64,000 nt of DNA from Kudoa neothunni. Its lineage: Eukaryota > Animalia > Cnidaria. Positions 26,642-40,471 of this stretch are shown in pieces; the first letter of the stretch is position 1; every line of letters starts with the position of its first letter. The stretch spans positions 9,017,245-9,081,244 of the forward strand of contig OZ199838.1 of NCBI GenBank assembly GCA_964304625.1, read 5' to 3'. The position numbers and the translations under genes are program-made. The notes under the pieces were generated by a model. The model worked only from the letters and a program-made list of their open reading frames with translations. It had not been told where the DNA came from and ran no database searches.

Positions 26642-28267
26642 TTAGTTATACCAACACAAAAACCAATACGAAGTACATTCCCTTTTCACATCCTTAGAGG
26701 TTGGATTAGATCCAGCATGGGCCGACTTCAAATCATCATCAGTAGATTTGGTATCAACGTCAACAACTGTTAGCCCTTCTTTACTTAAAGAACCATTTGG
26801 TTCCATAGTGTTCTCTTCTCTGATAACTTGAGTTCCTGGATTATTATCGACATGCTGCTCAACGACTCGAGTGGGTTCCTTACCGGAATCGCCACTATCA
26901 TCAACAGTGGCGGCAGTCAATGGCGTTTTGCAAATTGCTAAGCATGCTCCTTCGTTTTCAAAGTTATTCAAGTTCATTTCTTTTCCGTTAGATATAAATT
27001 TCTGACAAGTCTTTGCATTATCGCCAGATGTTTCGTAGTAAAATCGATCTATTTTGTATACATCATTATCACTAGCAACTCCAATCTTTGGTTGGTTACA
27101 CACATCAACACCTTTAAGTTCACCAACGTGAGCAGCTATTTTTAGAATTTTAATGTCGTTATTAAGTATTGAACTTTTCTTGATAGAGAAATACTTGCAG
27201 GACAAAAACTTGCGCATAGTTCGACTGAGCTAAATATATTATTTTCACCGTCGTTAACTTTGACGGTTTGATTAGGTGGTAAAGTCAAAAAAGGGAGGCA
27301 AGCTTTTCTTGTTTTGTTAAAATAATAATATTCTTTTAATATGGGTTTGATCAATAACTTTATTTTGAGGTGGCAATTGGTAGGGGCTGGTTGCATTGCA
27401 AGCAGCGACGTAGTTAGCTATGTGCGATTATGACAAAGATCTTAATACAATGAGTACTTATGCATGTATCTACGCATGTTGGTAGATCATCAAAATAACC
27501 TCTTTTGGCATCCATACCCACAGCGGCATAAACACATTTCTTTTTTGTCTTTATGGAGGATAATTCCCATTTTTGGCGTTTCGTTGTCTATTTCTGCTGA
27601 AAAAAGACAATCAAACTCATTAGGGACTTTTGTCAATTCTTCATCCCTAGTTTCACCATCAACAAAACCGTTTCTTTTATCTTAAAGGATTTATAAACAA
27701 TTCGTCCTCAAATTATATATGCTTACTTTGGCATGCATTTTTACATTCAGTTTCGTTTTCAAAATTATTGGCGTTCCCACCACATCCACTGTATTTAAAT
27801 TCGTGACAAGAGTTTTTAGCACCACCGTTGACAGCAGATTTGGAGTAAAACCATCTAACCAATTTATTTCCCCCAGGTGAATTACACAAACCTGGGGATT
27901 TTTCTAATTTACACGCATTTGACTTTTCTTCCGGTGTGAATTTAACTAGTAGTAGCATCAATCAATGTAAATAACATATTAATTACGATGGTTCTCACAT
28001 ACCGCTTTCGACACAAAATTGTTAAAATTTCCAAGGGACCCCAGATATTTAAATGGTTTGCATTTGGCGGTATTAACGTCGACATACCACCTATCAATTA
28101 CAGCTGCATCTTGTTGCTCTTTATTCATCCAGGAAGGAGGAGCACCGACATCCAATTTATAAGAATCCAAAACTCGTTCTACAATAAAATAATTATTACT
28201 TATAATAAATATTGAGATAACCGAGTGAAATAGTTGTTATAAAAGAAAAAATTATCCAAATAATCAT
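26642..28267 (-). CDS. Secreted multi-Kunitz protein: signal peptide, 5 Kunitz-like domains, acidic linker and C-terminal Cys peptide; two apparent +1 frameshifts
   Basis: Signal exon MIIWIIFSFITTISL. Canonical domain CKLEKSPGLC..RWFY..CHEFKYSGCGGNANNFENETECKNAC plus four degenerate repeats, one per exon, separated by phase-1 introns. Frame breaks at A-runs near 27541-27546 and ~27335. Confidence 0.85.
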
Positions 28268-31009
28268 TGTCTAGAAAATAATTACTTTAATCAAATCAGG
28301 CTCGTATTTTCACGAAGAAATATTTTGTAATTAAGAATAATATATATCAATTGATACATAAATGTACCATATTAAATTGGATAATACTATTATCTTATTT
28401 ATGACTTTAATTTTCGGTAAAGGAAAAATCGTCATAAATGTAAAATTCAACAAATTTAAATTCAGCGCATATTATAAATAAAATTTTGTTGATAAATCTT
28501 TCTTGTAATGATATAATTAATTCGATAACATTATATTCTATATTTTAGATATTCTAATAACCTTTCGAGATTATTGTCAACAATTCATATCTTTCATGAG
28601 CAAAGCCTTTACGGCAGAAATTAAATGTTTAGAAATGACTCAAATATGAGATCATATAGCAAAATATTATTTTATGAATAATTCTTATAATAAATAAAAC
28701 GTACAAATTTACATGTAATGGTTTAAACATAGGTCATAGTTATCTAAGCATAAAGTGTTACTACCTAGCGCAAAATCCCAGCTTTGCGTGATGGTGTATG
28801 ATGGGATTTTTAAAGTCTACGAGGTTTTTAAATCGAAAAATCCCAAACGAAACCTGCTTAAATAATAAGTTAAAAAAATTAAATATTTATTCTCCTCTGC
28901 CTGGATAAGTTTATGTTTGTTGCTATTTTTTGAACCTTAACCAATGGCATTAATCCAACTATGAATAGCTTTACGATGCAACCTCGGAGTTCGATCATAA
29001 ATTTCGTGTCAGAAACATTTTTGAATTCGAACACATAGAAAGGGTATTCAGAGCAACTCCAGTCGGAGCAAAAAACGGACGGGAAAAGAAATTCTAGAAG
29101 GAGATTTGCTCAATCAAGTTTTGAGAACGTCACCGTAAGATAATCCTGTATAATCTAACGTATGAAGACCAAAGAATATTTATCACATGTAACAAGTGTA
29201 TTATAAGGGTAATAATCCACCAATAATATACACGATCGAGAACGGATCGGTATGGCACCACCGCGTTTTAATGCTAATAACGCAGGTTCAAATCCCAATT
29301 CTGAGTTTGTGTGACATCGTTTATCCCACTTTTATTATTATATTTAATGTTTATTTGTTATATATTTATAAACACAATGCATGCTTGTTTTTTAATAAAT
29401 AACAATAAAAATAGTCATTCATTTGATGAGCGGAACGGATTAAATCAATTTTCATTATTTTACATGGGAAAAATTGTTTCAAAATTCGAACATACTTCTA
29501 GAACGGATTATGGTCGAAGTCCGAGGTTGCACTGTATATAAAAATGTACATGGAAGAATACTAAAAAATTAACTGTTATTATTAAATTTATATTACATAT
29601 TATTGAAAATAGATGACATTTAATGTGTAAGCTAAATTCCGCTGTGAATAAAGAATTAAAAAAATCAACAATCTAATGCAGTGTTCCCTGAACGGGGTGC
29701 CCGTCAGAGGTTAGGAATAATTGACTGTTGTTGGTAAAAATCAATTATTACAAATTTTCTTGAGGTATATTTTGGTAATTAATTGTTAATGTTTGCAATT
29801 CAAACTAAATCTAACTCAATATTCTAAAGATATTTTGATCAATAAATTGTATAAAACATGTAAGGTTTACATTAAAATAGTCAAACCAAAACGAATAAAA
29901 ATGATTGAATCTAGATTTTATTTATTAAATGTATCGGTCTTTAATATTAATAATTGAAATTAAACTTGTTATTAACTATAGTTTCATTATAATCATTATT
30001 TGTTCAATAAAATTATAAATATCTTATGAATCCTAAAATCAAACTAATAAAATGACGCAATGCGCCAGATTGTGTAAAACCCGTATTAATGTCAATTATT
30101 TTAACGAAAACGCTTGTAATTAACGATTAATTATTTTTATTTTAGTCATTAGAATAAATATATTCATAAATTATTTTTACTATGTTTAATCTTAATTAAT
30201 CAAGGTTATAATTGATATCGTCTTACATACGCATCTATTGTAGAAAAATTAAGCATAAAATCGAGATGAAAACGTGGAAAAATAATAAATGATACCATAT
30301 TACAATCGTAATATAATAATAAAGATAAGAGTAAGCGAAAATACTTCAAATGTGTGAATTTAAAGAGATGATTTAATTTATTGTTTCAAAAATCTAGACG
30401 TTAATTAAGAATATTTTGTCGACATTGACCTTATAAATGTGAAGGGAGGATGTTTAAGGTTTTTAAAGTTGCATAAATTGATGAACGAACCATAAAAAAA
30501 TCGTATTTAATTAGTTACTTAGAAAGAATAAAAATTTATATTACAAATTTTTAGTTAAAATATTTATTAGAATATTTTAATGTTGGTCAATATTTAGGTT
30601 ACAGAAAAAATTTCGTTATATATTAAAGACTTTAAGAATTAGTCATTACGATTACTCAAAATTTAGTCATGTAAATCTGGCATTGGACACGAAGATGCAT
30701 TATCTGACCCAAATAAAGTATGAAAAGCAAAATATACTTACTCCATGGTTAAGAGAAAAATCGTTTTTTTATAAAATATTGTTTGGAAAGTTAAAACAAA
30801 TGGATGTAGATCACAATTTAAACAAGCATGAAAATCGGAAAATCATAAATCATTAAAGACATGATTTTGCAACATTTATATCACAGATGAATGGATTAAA
30901 CGATAAAAATAATTGTAATTAAGAATTTTAATTGTAATGTATTAATTAAAAGTATCATAATTGCAATTAATCATTTAACCTCAATCAATTAATTTTTCCC
31001 ACCCCTGAT

Positions 31010-31035
31010 TCCCGTATCCCCTAGGGGATACGGGA
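31010..31035. repeat. Perfect 26-bp GC-rich palindrome
   Basis: TCCCGTATCCCCT|AGGGGATACGGGA. Confidence 0.9.
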
Positions 31036-32958
31036 GTCATTCTAGAATAAATTTAAAAATTAATCTTAATGCATTCATTTCGTAATTTTCGTTAGGCCCC
31101 GTCTAAATCATGTGAAGACGTCATTCGTGTAATAATATTATTGGTTGTTTTGTCATCAATTTTTTTCTACTCAAAAAATGAGATATGAAAAATTTATTTA
31201 ATTTATAATCTGTTTTAATTCTACGAGGTGGGGCGGTAAAGCAATAGTTTATATTAAGACTATTCAACCTACAAGGTCTATCACTCGCTATTTTCATGTA
31301 AAATCGTAACTGTGTTGTCTTTCAAAGTAACATATTTTTATGCTTATACTGTATTTAGGTTGTCGGTATCGTTATCTACTTAGAAATACGTTTTGCGTAG
31401 CTTTGAGTTGTTTAAATAACAAAAAAATTATTTCTAATCTGATTTCTGCCGGTATCTCTCAGGGACCCCATGGGCACACGCGGAATTTTTTTGAGATCGG
31501 TACAGGAAGGGTTAATAAAATCCATAATTTCGCCAAAATAATACCAACCCGAACTAACTTTTCTACCGCACCGTACATTAATCAGCTTTTCTTGGCAATT
31601 CAAACCTTGTATTTCACAATTCTTGTTATTCTGTTGTTGGAGCATAGAATCATCTAGTTATCGACCAGCAAAATAAATTTCACTGAGGGAAAACACTACA
31701 GTATAATTTCTACAACATAATAAAGCACAGTTCTCGATATTATCTCTTTTGTTTTCAACTAATACCTTACTAGTGTTCATATGAAAGATTAGTAAGGATT
31801 ATGCAGGGAAGGCTTTCGTTCATGAATGTCGCATTATTTTCGACACACCTGATTAGGAGTTTAGCATCTTAAATAATCTAAAAAGACATAAACAAATTAC
31901 AATTACTAATTATTTTAAGCCAAAATTAATCTTTGTTTTTATGTATAATTGTGCCCAGCGCGGATTTCACCGTATTGCATAATTTCTCTCGATTGCGAAT
32001 TTTTTTTTCCAATCTAAAAAAGTATCGCAATATCCAGGGTCGCCCAAATATTGTAAAATTACTCCATTTTTTGTTTGTTGAACACACGCTGAAGTACACA
32101 AGATTGGTCGATAATGCGGTTCTGGCAAATTTTCTTCAGCCCGAGGAGATTGCCAAAAAATAACTTACTATACTTATTGAAGGTATTTTTAAAATTTATT
32201 ATCATTCACCAATTTTCAAGTATTTACAATAAAAAGGTAAATCAAATTGTTCATTCACACCATTTGAGATGTTTTATTAAGTACAATTAATAGAGACAGG
32301 TTGTTTTGAAGCTACGTTAAAGCAGGGTTTTATAACTTACGTAATTCAAGGGAACGCCTTTAAGACACATACCATGAGTCAGCAATCTTTAAAAATACAA
32401 TGAGGTGAATATAGAATAAACAGTGATGAGCCAATAAAAACAAGTGACAACATAGTTAATCCGAATTTTAAACTATGTCGCTACCTTAACTTCAATCATC
32501 ACAGGATATAGCGTCCCTCGTTATTATTACAATAGCAAAAATATTTGCGAAATGAATGTCAATAACAAAACAACAATACGAGTCGATATTACATTAGCAC
32601 ATGTTAGCAGCAAAGAAAGCCATGAATCTTTTCAAGTCTATTTACAGAATTTAAATTGATCGATTCAATTAAATTATAAAAAAAATTTATCAAGATTTAA
32701 TAAACGCAAAGTAGAATAAAAATTATTGTTCGGATGGCCAAGTTTTCTAATTAATCAAGTGACACCCACCATTCATACAATGATAAGGATTATGCGCAGG
32801 TTGTCGTTGTCAGATTAATATTACCCCCACACAGTCTGTTCCTATACAGTGAAAATAAAGTTATTTGAATGAGAGATTCTGTTTCATTTATATGATTAAT
32901 ATTTTAGGATTCATAAGAGGTGTAATTGGGTATTTTGTGAAGAGTCGAACATTTCGAA

Positions 32959-34031
32959 ATGGTGTCTGATTTTATTTCGGGATATATAGGAGGTAGATAT
33001 AATTCTGTGTGATGAATTTTATTTAATTGTTTGTGCTCCGAACCCCTTATTTGAATTAAAATGGCATTAATAAGAATTATAATTTGTTAAAGGTTTAGCT
33101 GGAGTGGTAGTAGGTCATCCGTTTGACACGATAAAAGTGTATATACAGACAAAAAAGTGTCACTTAGGCGCTATTGGAACATTAAAAACAATCGCCAAAC
33201 AAGAAGGAGTAATTTCAACTATTTGACTTTTGCATCATGATCTACTGACATAACCAAACAAATTTAGGTCCAGGGTCTATTTAAAGGCATGACTTCTCCA
33301 CTTTATGGGACTGCGTTTCTTTGTAGTATATTATTTGGCGTCAACGGGATTTGCACTAAAACCATGCCTGAAAATGTAAGGAGTACCCCAAAAGGGCAAT
33401 TTGTCGCGGGAAGTATAGCAGGATTTTCCCAAAGTTTAGTGACTTGCCCAATGGAATTGGTAAAAATTCGGATGCAACTCAACAATGCCAATTGCACCGG
33501 TTCTACGAACACTCCAAGAACAACTCTCATGCAACAAACTGCTCAAATAATCAAAGAAAAGGCTGGATACAGAACCCTCTTCAGGGGTATGGCTATCACG
33601 TTTTTACGCGATACTCCCGGGTTTGGAGTGTATTTTGCTACCAACCAATACATCATAAACAAATACAAAGCATCATCGATAGGTAGTAATTTGGGGGTGG
33701 TTTTTTGAATGAAAATTCGATGTTAGAAAGAAACCCATGTAACGATATGATATGTCAATTTGTGGCTGGGGGATTGGCTGGTGTTGCTTCGTGGGTTCCA
33801 AGCTATCCATTCGATGTTGTCAAAACACGCATTCAAAATTGTGTAGACCCAACCGTCGATACCAGATTTATACCTTACTTGCGAAGTCTCATAAAAAGCG
33901 AAGGTGTCGCCGTGTTGACAAGAGGGATGACAACTCAATTAGTGCGAGCATTTCCTGTCAATGCCTTCACATTCTGTGGTACCGCTATCGCCGCCTCTAT
34001 GCTTGGCATGACTTCTCCGTTCCTTTTATAA
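32959..34031 (+). CDS. Mitochondrial carrier, SLC25A29/A45/A48-like, copy 1; exons 32959-32992, 33093-33208, 33268-33682, 33727-34031
   Basis: DFISGYIGGLAGVVVGHPFDTIKV, GLFKGMTSPL, CPMELVKIRMQ, RDTPGFG, YPFDVVKTRIQ and RAFPVNA. Three PX(D/E)XXK carrier signatures. Confidence 0.93.
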
Positions 34032-36070
34032 CATTTCCTTAGAAACTCACTTATTACTTTAGATGAATTTACAACCGTGCGACACTCTTGTTTGTTAACT
34101 CTCCGATATGGTGCGGGCTCTTTCGGAACCCCTTCTAGATATATTGGGACTGCAGATTATTGTTTAAATTTGCGTCTTTATTATATTTTTACTGAATAGT
34201 GATACATTATAATTTTTTATATTCTTAAATTTCATTATTTTCTTAATTTTATTACACCTACGTAAAATTTTGTTAGTTTACTCAAATTTAATGGTGCTAT
34301 TATCTGAAACAATTAGTTGCATCCAAATTTTTTATTTAAATTTTCGTGATAAAATATTTAGTTTAATTGAAATATTCTATCATTCAAACCAATGAGACAG
34401 AACTTGTCGAAGGATTAGCCTGATGATTATCAACTGTGTATTATTTATGGAGCGTTAACTTACTAACAATATACACAGTCATTCATCATTTTTGCGCTAT
34501 TATATATATGACTAAGTATTTTTCAAATAATTTATTTTAAGGATGTAGATTATTATTTGTTGGGTATTAATTCATTAAACTACGATATTCTATTGATTAG
34601 AGATACTTATGAAGTCTTTCAATAATAGGTAAGATCTGCCATAACAGATTGACCTTCGTAAGAACATAATGTTCAAATAACTTGCAATACGCCCCTTAAC
34701 TTTTTTATTCTAGCAGAAAAATTGTGTTTAATATAATAGTAAACATTTATGGTTATCTTAAAACTTATCGGTGTCTTAAAATAGACCGCATACATTATTA
34801 CCTGCATTTAAATAAATCTTGTAGCAAGAATTTGCGATACATATTCAATTGTATGTATCATCTTACTTAACGTTAAATATTTTTTTATAATTAGTCATTA
34901 TTATGAAAATTCTAGTTCTATTTTAATAGATCAATCATCATCTCCACTTATTGGAGTCTCGTTTTCAGTGTTAGTAATATTTTCATGGTGATGAAACCAA
35001 CTGTGACAGTCAAATTGAATATCACGAGATAACTATCGTGGTTATTTAATAATTTGTCTAATAAACGAAGATAATCTTCCACACTTCGTAGCTAACAGAT
35101 ATTTTTTATAATATTTGATATCTCAAAACCAATTTTATTAAAAGGTAAGATTGAGATTGAAAAATTTTTCGTAATATTATATTAATTTTATAGAATCCAC
35201 AACTGTAAAATGAGAATGTATAGAAGTTTTGAGAGAAAATAATAACCGGGAGACAGAACCCCTCTTTATTGGAATCTCCAAGCGTGAATCAAGCCTAAAT
35301 TTAACAGATTAAATAGACTTTTTGAGCTTGTTGGATGACAGAATTACGGTGGATTAAAATGCTCTAATTTTTGTAGATATGGTCACACTTGTCAAGTATG
35401 AAGAATTTTAGTTTCTGTTTTGAACGTTTTGTTTGATTTCGTGCATGGGGCAAAATTGGAGCACTCATCTAGCCGCCATACTATAAATAATCATAACCTG
35501 ATTTTTAATTCATACCTTATGTAAACGAATATTTTTTACTGCCGATGTAGAGTTAGCCCTTTCAGCATAAGCTTGGACCTCACGAGCCCATCTTCTTTTA
35601 TTTTGTATACATTCTGTTGTTAAACTTGTTATATTCTGTGTAGTTTTATTAGAAGTTTAACTACTTTTTAAAAAAATATTATCTATCAGTAATTGAAATC
35701 AAATAGGTTAGAATTTTGACAAAATTACGCAAAATATAAAGAGTTTATCCAGAAAATAATAGGAAGATAGGGACGTGGAACCCAAGGTTATCCTCAAAAG
35801 TTTAAAATGAGTTTTAAAATTCAAGTTCTCCCAATTTTATACTAGTTAACTTATTTATTTCGCATTTAATAAGTGTGGGGAATCTTTTCTCTCTTTTTGA
35901 GGACATCTTTTTTCATTGCGATATTATTTATATCATGCTCTTTTATCAAATTTATGAAATTTTTTGCGATTCTACGTTAATTCTTCAATCCATTCGAATT
36001 TAATTAAGTTATTTAAAATATTTAAATCTTTTAAATTCAGTTCCACAATATATTTTTATTTTATTATTAA

Positions 36071-39000
36071 CTCTTTTGCGACTAATGTCCCCATAGTATC
36101 CAAACAATTAATACGACTAAAAATATGTAACTATAGTTCTTCTACAGCATTTCTGCGAATATTTTTATTACTTTTAAGCCATATTTAAGTATGAATGCCA
36201 TTTAATAAATTTTTATGTTCGATTTATCCATCATTTTTTTAATTTCTCATGTCGCAAAAAGTAACCGGCAAAAAAACATATATGAAATAGATATTTGTTT
36301 AAAAAATGTACATATTATAAATCACGACATTAAGTTTGTATATACAAATTTGGAGAGGATACATAATAAAAAATACGATGATAGTGGTTAGTCGTCACGT
36401 GGGTACTAGGGTGGACATTTGGCATTCGTGGATTCCAATATTTGAACTCGTAGATCAATATTTGGTTTTCAAAAGTTCTAAATAGGGAAAAATTGTCACA
36501 GAAGTTATTATATTTCCTGACGATGATATTTCTGTTCCAGAAGAATATGTGGACGACTTCGAAATTTGTAACTGACAACATTATGTTGAAACTACAGTCG
36601 TGTCTCGATATTTCGTAATAGTTTGGGACTGAGGAAAAATTACGCAATATCGAGTCATCAACGTGCGCGTAATAACTTCTAATTTAACATTTCTTACAAA
36701 ATAACTTATCTACTTTATAATTTTTTATTAATTTATTGATAATTTCGCGTAAGGCATCCTTAATTTGATGTACAGAAAATAATTCAATAAGATTCTCAAT
36801 GACACGTTTTTTCGCGGATTTATAAGATTTTTTACTTGAAACGTTGTAACGATTTCATCGTTCTCTATGAGATCGGGATCTTCACTCCAATAATGAAATT
36901 TACCATGATCATCTTATTTTAAATGTAAAATTTCATTTTCTTCCAACCAAACAATATCATTACACAGTATTATCTACACATATGAATATTAAAATTGTTT
37001 TATTAATTACTTTATAATGTTATTTCATCATCACGTTAATTTAAATTGTTATCTTATTAATTCCTCAATAAAATTGAAGAAAAAATCAATTATTTTTGTT
37101 TGGAAATAGACGGCTTATTAACTCAATTACTAATTTTTTAACCGTAATCATTCCTGGACCAATTCTAACGTATTTAAGTAATCGAATACGGCATATTGAA
37201 ATATTTTTGGGTCCTTCTCTCCGAATAACACATTTATGCATGATATTTTTCTCTAATTGGATTTTAAGGGGGGAATTATTATCAGATAAATTGGTTGCAC
37301 AACACAAGTAGTGTTTTTGATAGAAATAGGAGCTGGATGTTTTCAAAATAATCGATTGATTAAGGACATATGAGCACTATTGTAATCAAACAAAAACCTT
37401 TCTGTTTTCATTTAATGAACCTCTGGCTCATATCCTTGAGGATTTGGTAAAATACAGATGAAGATAATCACACATTCATTTGCGAATGGCACTAAACTGA
37501 AAGCACTTTAATTCCTTAAAACAGCGATTTTTCCTAAAATTTTATTATTATGAGAAATTGAAATTTTTCTTCGATCATTGCAGCAGTGATAAACATCATA
37601 ACTAGCTTTTGAATTGTTTTACACGCTTATATTATACTGATTTTTAATAGTGGACGTACGCTGTATCAACTGTTCATAAAAATGAGCCGTCTCGTCCAAA
37701 TTTAATATGTATTTCGGATTGTTTCATGACAATACCTCGTGAAAATTTCTCATCCATAGATAAATGTATTAAAAATCAGCACTCTTTTTCTCCGTGCGAT
37801 TTGAGTTTTTCAGATCGTAACGCCTTCTGCAATTATTAAACTAACCCTCGCTTCCGTTAAAATCTTTTATTCAAATATCTTTAGCAATAATAAAAGATTA
37901 TTCTGTTGTTCTGTTATTATACATAATGCGCAAAAAAGGGCACTTTCTATTCACACTATTTTTTAGGACACACACGTGCTAATATAATTCTAATTATGTA
38001 TATTGTAATTTGTAATGGATGCCGCTTATTCCCTAATTGGGTCGGGTAGCATCTGGAGGATTATGCAGGTCCTTCAACATATTCGATCAATAAAAAATTA
38101 GATAATAGTTTTTTTCTCGCATTGAGACTACTCAGTTGTAACAATTATTTTAATAGCTTTATATTTCCCCGGTTTAAATATTTTTCAAGATTTTGAAATG
38201 TTTGAATCTATGGTTCCGTCTTGTTTAGACAAATTTTTATCAAGATTTAGGAGCCCTATTTTAAATTATCGAACAATATTGAAGTTAATATAAATTGGTA
38301 AACTGGAACGTTTTACAGTAATATCATTAGAACCCGATATAGACTTAAAAAAATGATAGTAATCAATTATTTTTATTTTATCTTTATTAGTTATTTGAGA
38401 ACTTGCTATGCTTTTTCTAGTGCATCCATCAGAATAAGGGGATTCAAATAAAAAAATGACTTACACAATAGCGAGGCACAAGGTTTCTCCTAACTTTCTT
38501 AATATCCGCTTGTTTAAAATTTTGATTTTTTCGTATAATTATCCATTTAAGCATACTGAATATGACTTTTTTGTTTTATTTAGTGAATTAAAGCACATAA
38601 TGCTAATAAAGCTAAATTACGCAGTATCGAGTCACGCAATATTCGGAGCACAACTGTATCTCGGAAACAATTTACGATTCAGAGAGTTCTGATGACGAAA
38701 TTGTCGATACGTTTAAATGGAGTATATAAAACAATACTGACAACATTCCAAAAGAAACAGAAAACGAACATGGCGATTTTAATGAAGTTACCGACCTGGT
38801 TTTGCCGATTGGTTATTTCAATTTTTTTGGTGAGGATTCGTTCGAGGAAATCACTGAACAGAAAAATTTATACTCCATACAAGATAACTCTAGTTTTATA
38901 GTTGATAAAAAGATATATAAAGTATATAGGAGTATTGATTATGATGGAAGTCATCAAAATTCCACGATAATATTGCTATTAGGAAAACCCCCTCAATTAT

Positions 39001-40446
39001 CCTACTATTACTGAATGTTTGTCAAGAGTGAAATTTGAAAATGTATGCAAATATATACATTTTACTGACAATTCAGAAATTATAACAAACCCCTATCATC
39101 TTGATTATGATAAATTTGCTAAAATTTGGCCAGTTTTGAATTCCGCTAGAAAATACCGTTTGTTAGTCCAACTTGATAAAAAAATTTCATAACGAATAAT
39201 ACCTCCCGAATAACCCAGCGAAGTGGGGTTTCAAGGTGTTCGCTAGGTGCAGAGTAAATGTAATGGTGCACGATTTTCATATTATACGACGGACATAGAC
39301 GTAAAGTTTCAATAAGTTGTGGATTGGTATCTGGTGACTTCGTGATAAAATTGTGCCAAAGTTTACCTTCATCCAAAATACACTTTGGGTATTTTGACAA
39401 TTGGTTTATCTCGATTCCCCTTCAGATCTACCTGAAAAAAAGAAATATTTCTTCTGTGGGTACAATTCTTAAGAATAGAGTTAAAGGATGCCCATTAAAA
39501 GGTTAAATGGTTATGATAAAACAGGTGGAGGAACCTACGAAACCATTCACAAATCCAACGACGGAATTTCCATAACACACTGGTTTGACGGATCCATTGC
39601 TACACTCTCCTCAATTCATTCATCGACGGAACCAATAAAGTCTGTGAAGAGATTTGATAGATAGAAAATAAGAACGCTTACTATTCCATGTCCTGCAGTT
39701 TCCGCGGAATACAATAGCAGTATGGGCGGAGTCGACTTGTTTGACATGCTTATGTCGCTCTGTTATAAACCATAAAAGCAGAAGATATTATTTTAAGATT
39801 TTCTTTTGGGCTCTGAATACATGTATTGTAAATGCATGGTGACTCCACAAAAATAATTGTACCATTAGAATTGTTTTGAAAAATGAAACATTAGATTTAA
39901 TGCATTTTTCATTAAAAATAAGTGAAACCCTTTGCTATTATCGTTAAGTATCTTGTGCCCTCAGAGAACGTGGTACACCATCTTTAAATAACTTTATGGG
40001 AAAAAATGACACTATTGAAAGCGAAAATATTCCAGAAAAATCAAATCCACTTATCGGTCAAATAGAATTCGACCACACTGGGCATTACCAGGAGATAGTG
40101 TCTTCAAAGTCTATATGTAGATTATGTCAACGAAAACCCCAATTTATGTGTATAAAATGTCATTGCTATTGCCGCCTGACAAAAAATAGGAACTGTTTTA
40201 TCAATTACCATATCGAAAACCTACAAAATCTTTACAAATCAAAACGATTTACTTTAATGCGAAAATGAGCGAGAAAAATTATTGTTTTACCACGAATGCC
40301 AAATGTCTATCGTAGTACCCAGATTAAAACACATTCTAAAGATTATATAGCAACTTTTAATTCGATAAGTATCAATAAAATTGGAATAACTAGAGTTTAT
40401 AAATATGAAAAAATTAAAAAAAAATCAAAAATTCGTCAAGAAAGGG
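36071..40446 (+). mobile_element. Decayed piggyBac (PGBD2/3-like) element, interrupted by a Tigger element
   Basis: Transposase motifs: ENVCKYIHFTDN, DKFAKIWPV, YFDNWFISIPL, SVGTILKNRVKGCPL, EYNSSMGGVDLFDML, C-terminal Cys-rich CRLC..CIKC. Ends TTAA|CTCTTTTGCGACTAAT and ATTCGTCAAGAAAGGG|CTAA. Subterminal inverted repeat at ~36400-36430 / ~40291-40321. Confidence 0.85.
36595..38656 (-). mobile_element. pogo/Tigger element with decayed transposase, nested in piggyBac
   Basis: TA|CAGTCGTGTCTCGA ... TTCGGAGCACAACTG|TA. Minus strand reads ASEG*FNNCRRRYDL..SAD, NLDETAHFY, KNRCFKG and NIQLLFL. Confidence 0.8.
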
Positions 40447-40471
40447 CTAAGTTGAATTTAACCCCTTAACG

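Noticed and set aside
31340-32165. GC-richer ORF-like patches
   Set aside because: I could not establish motifs or a consistent exon structure. They are probably TE debris and are left unannotated.
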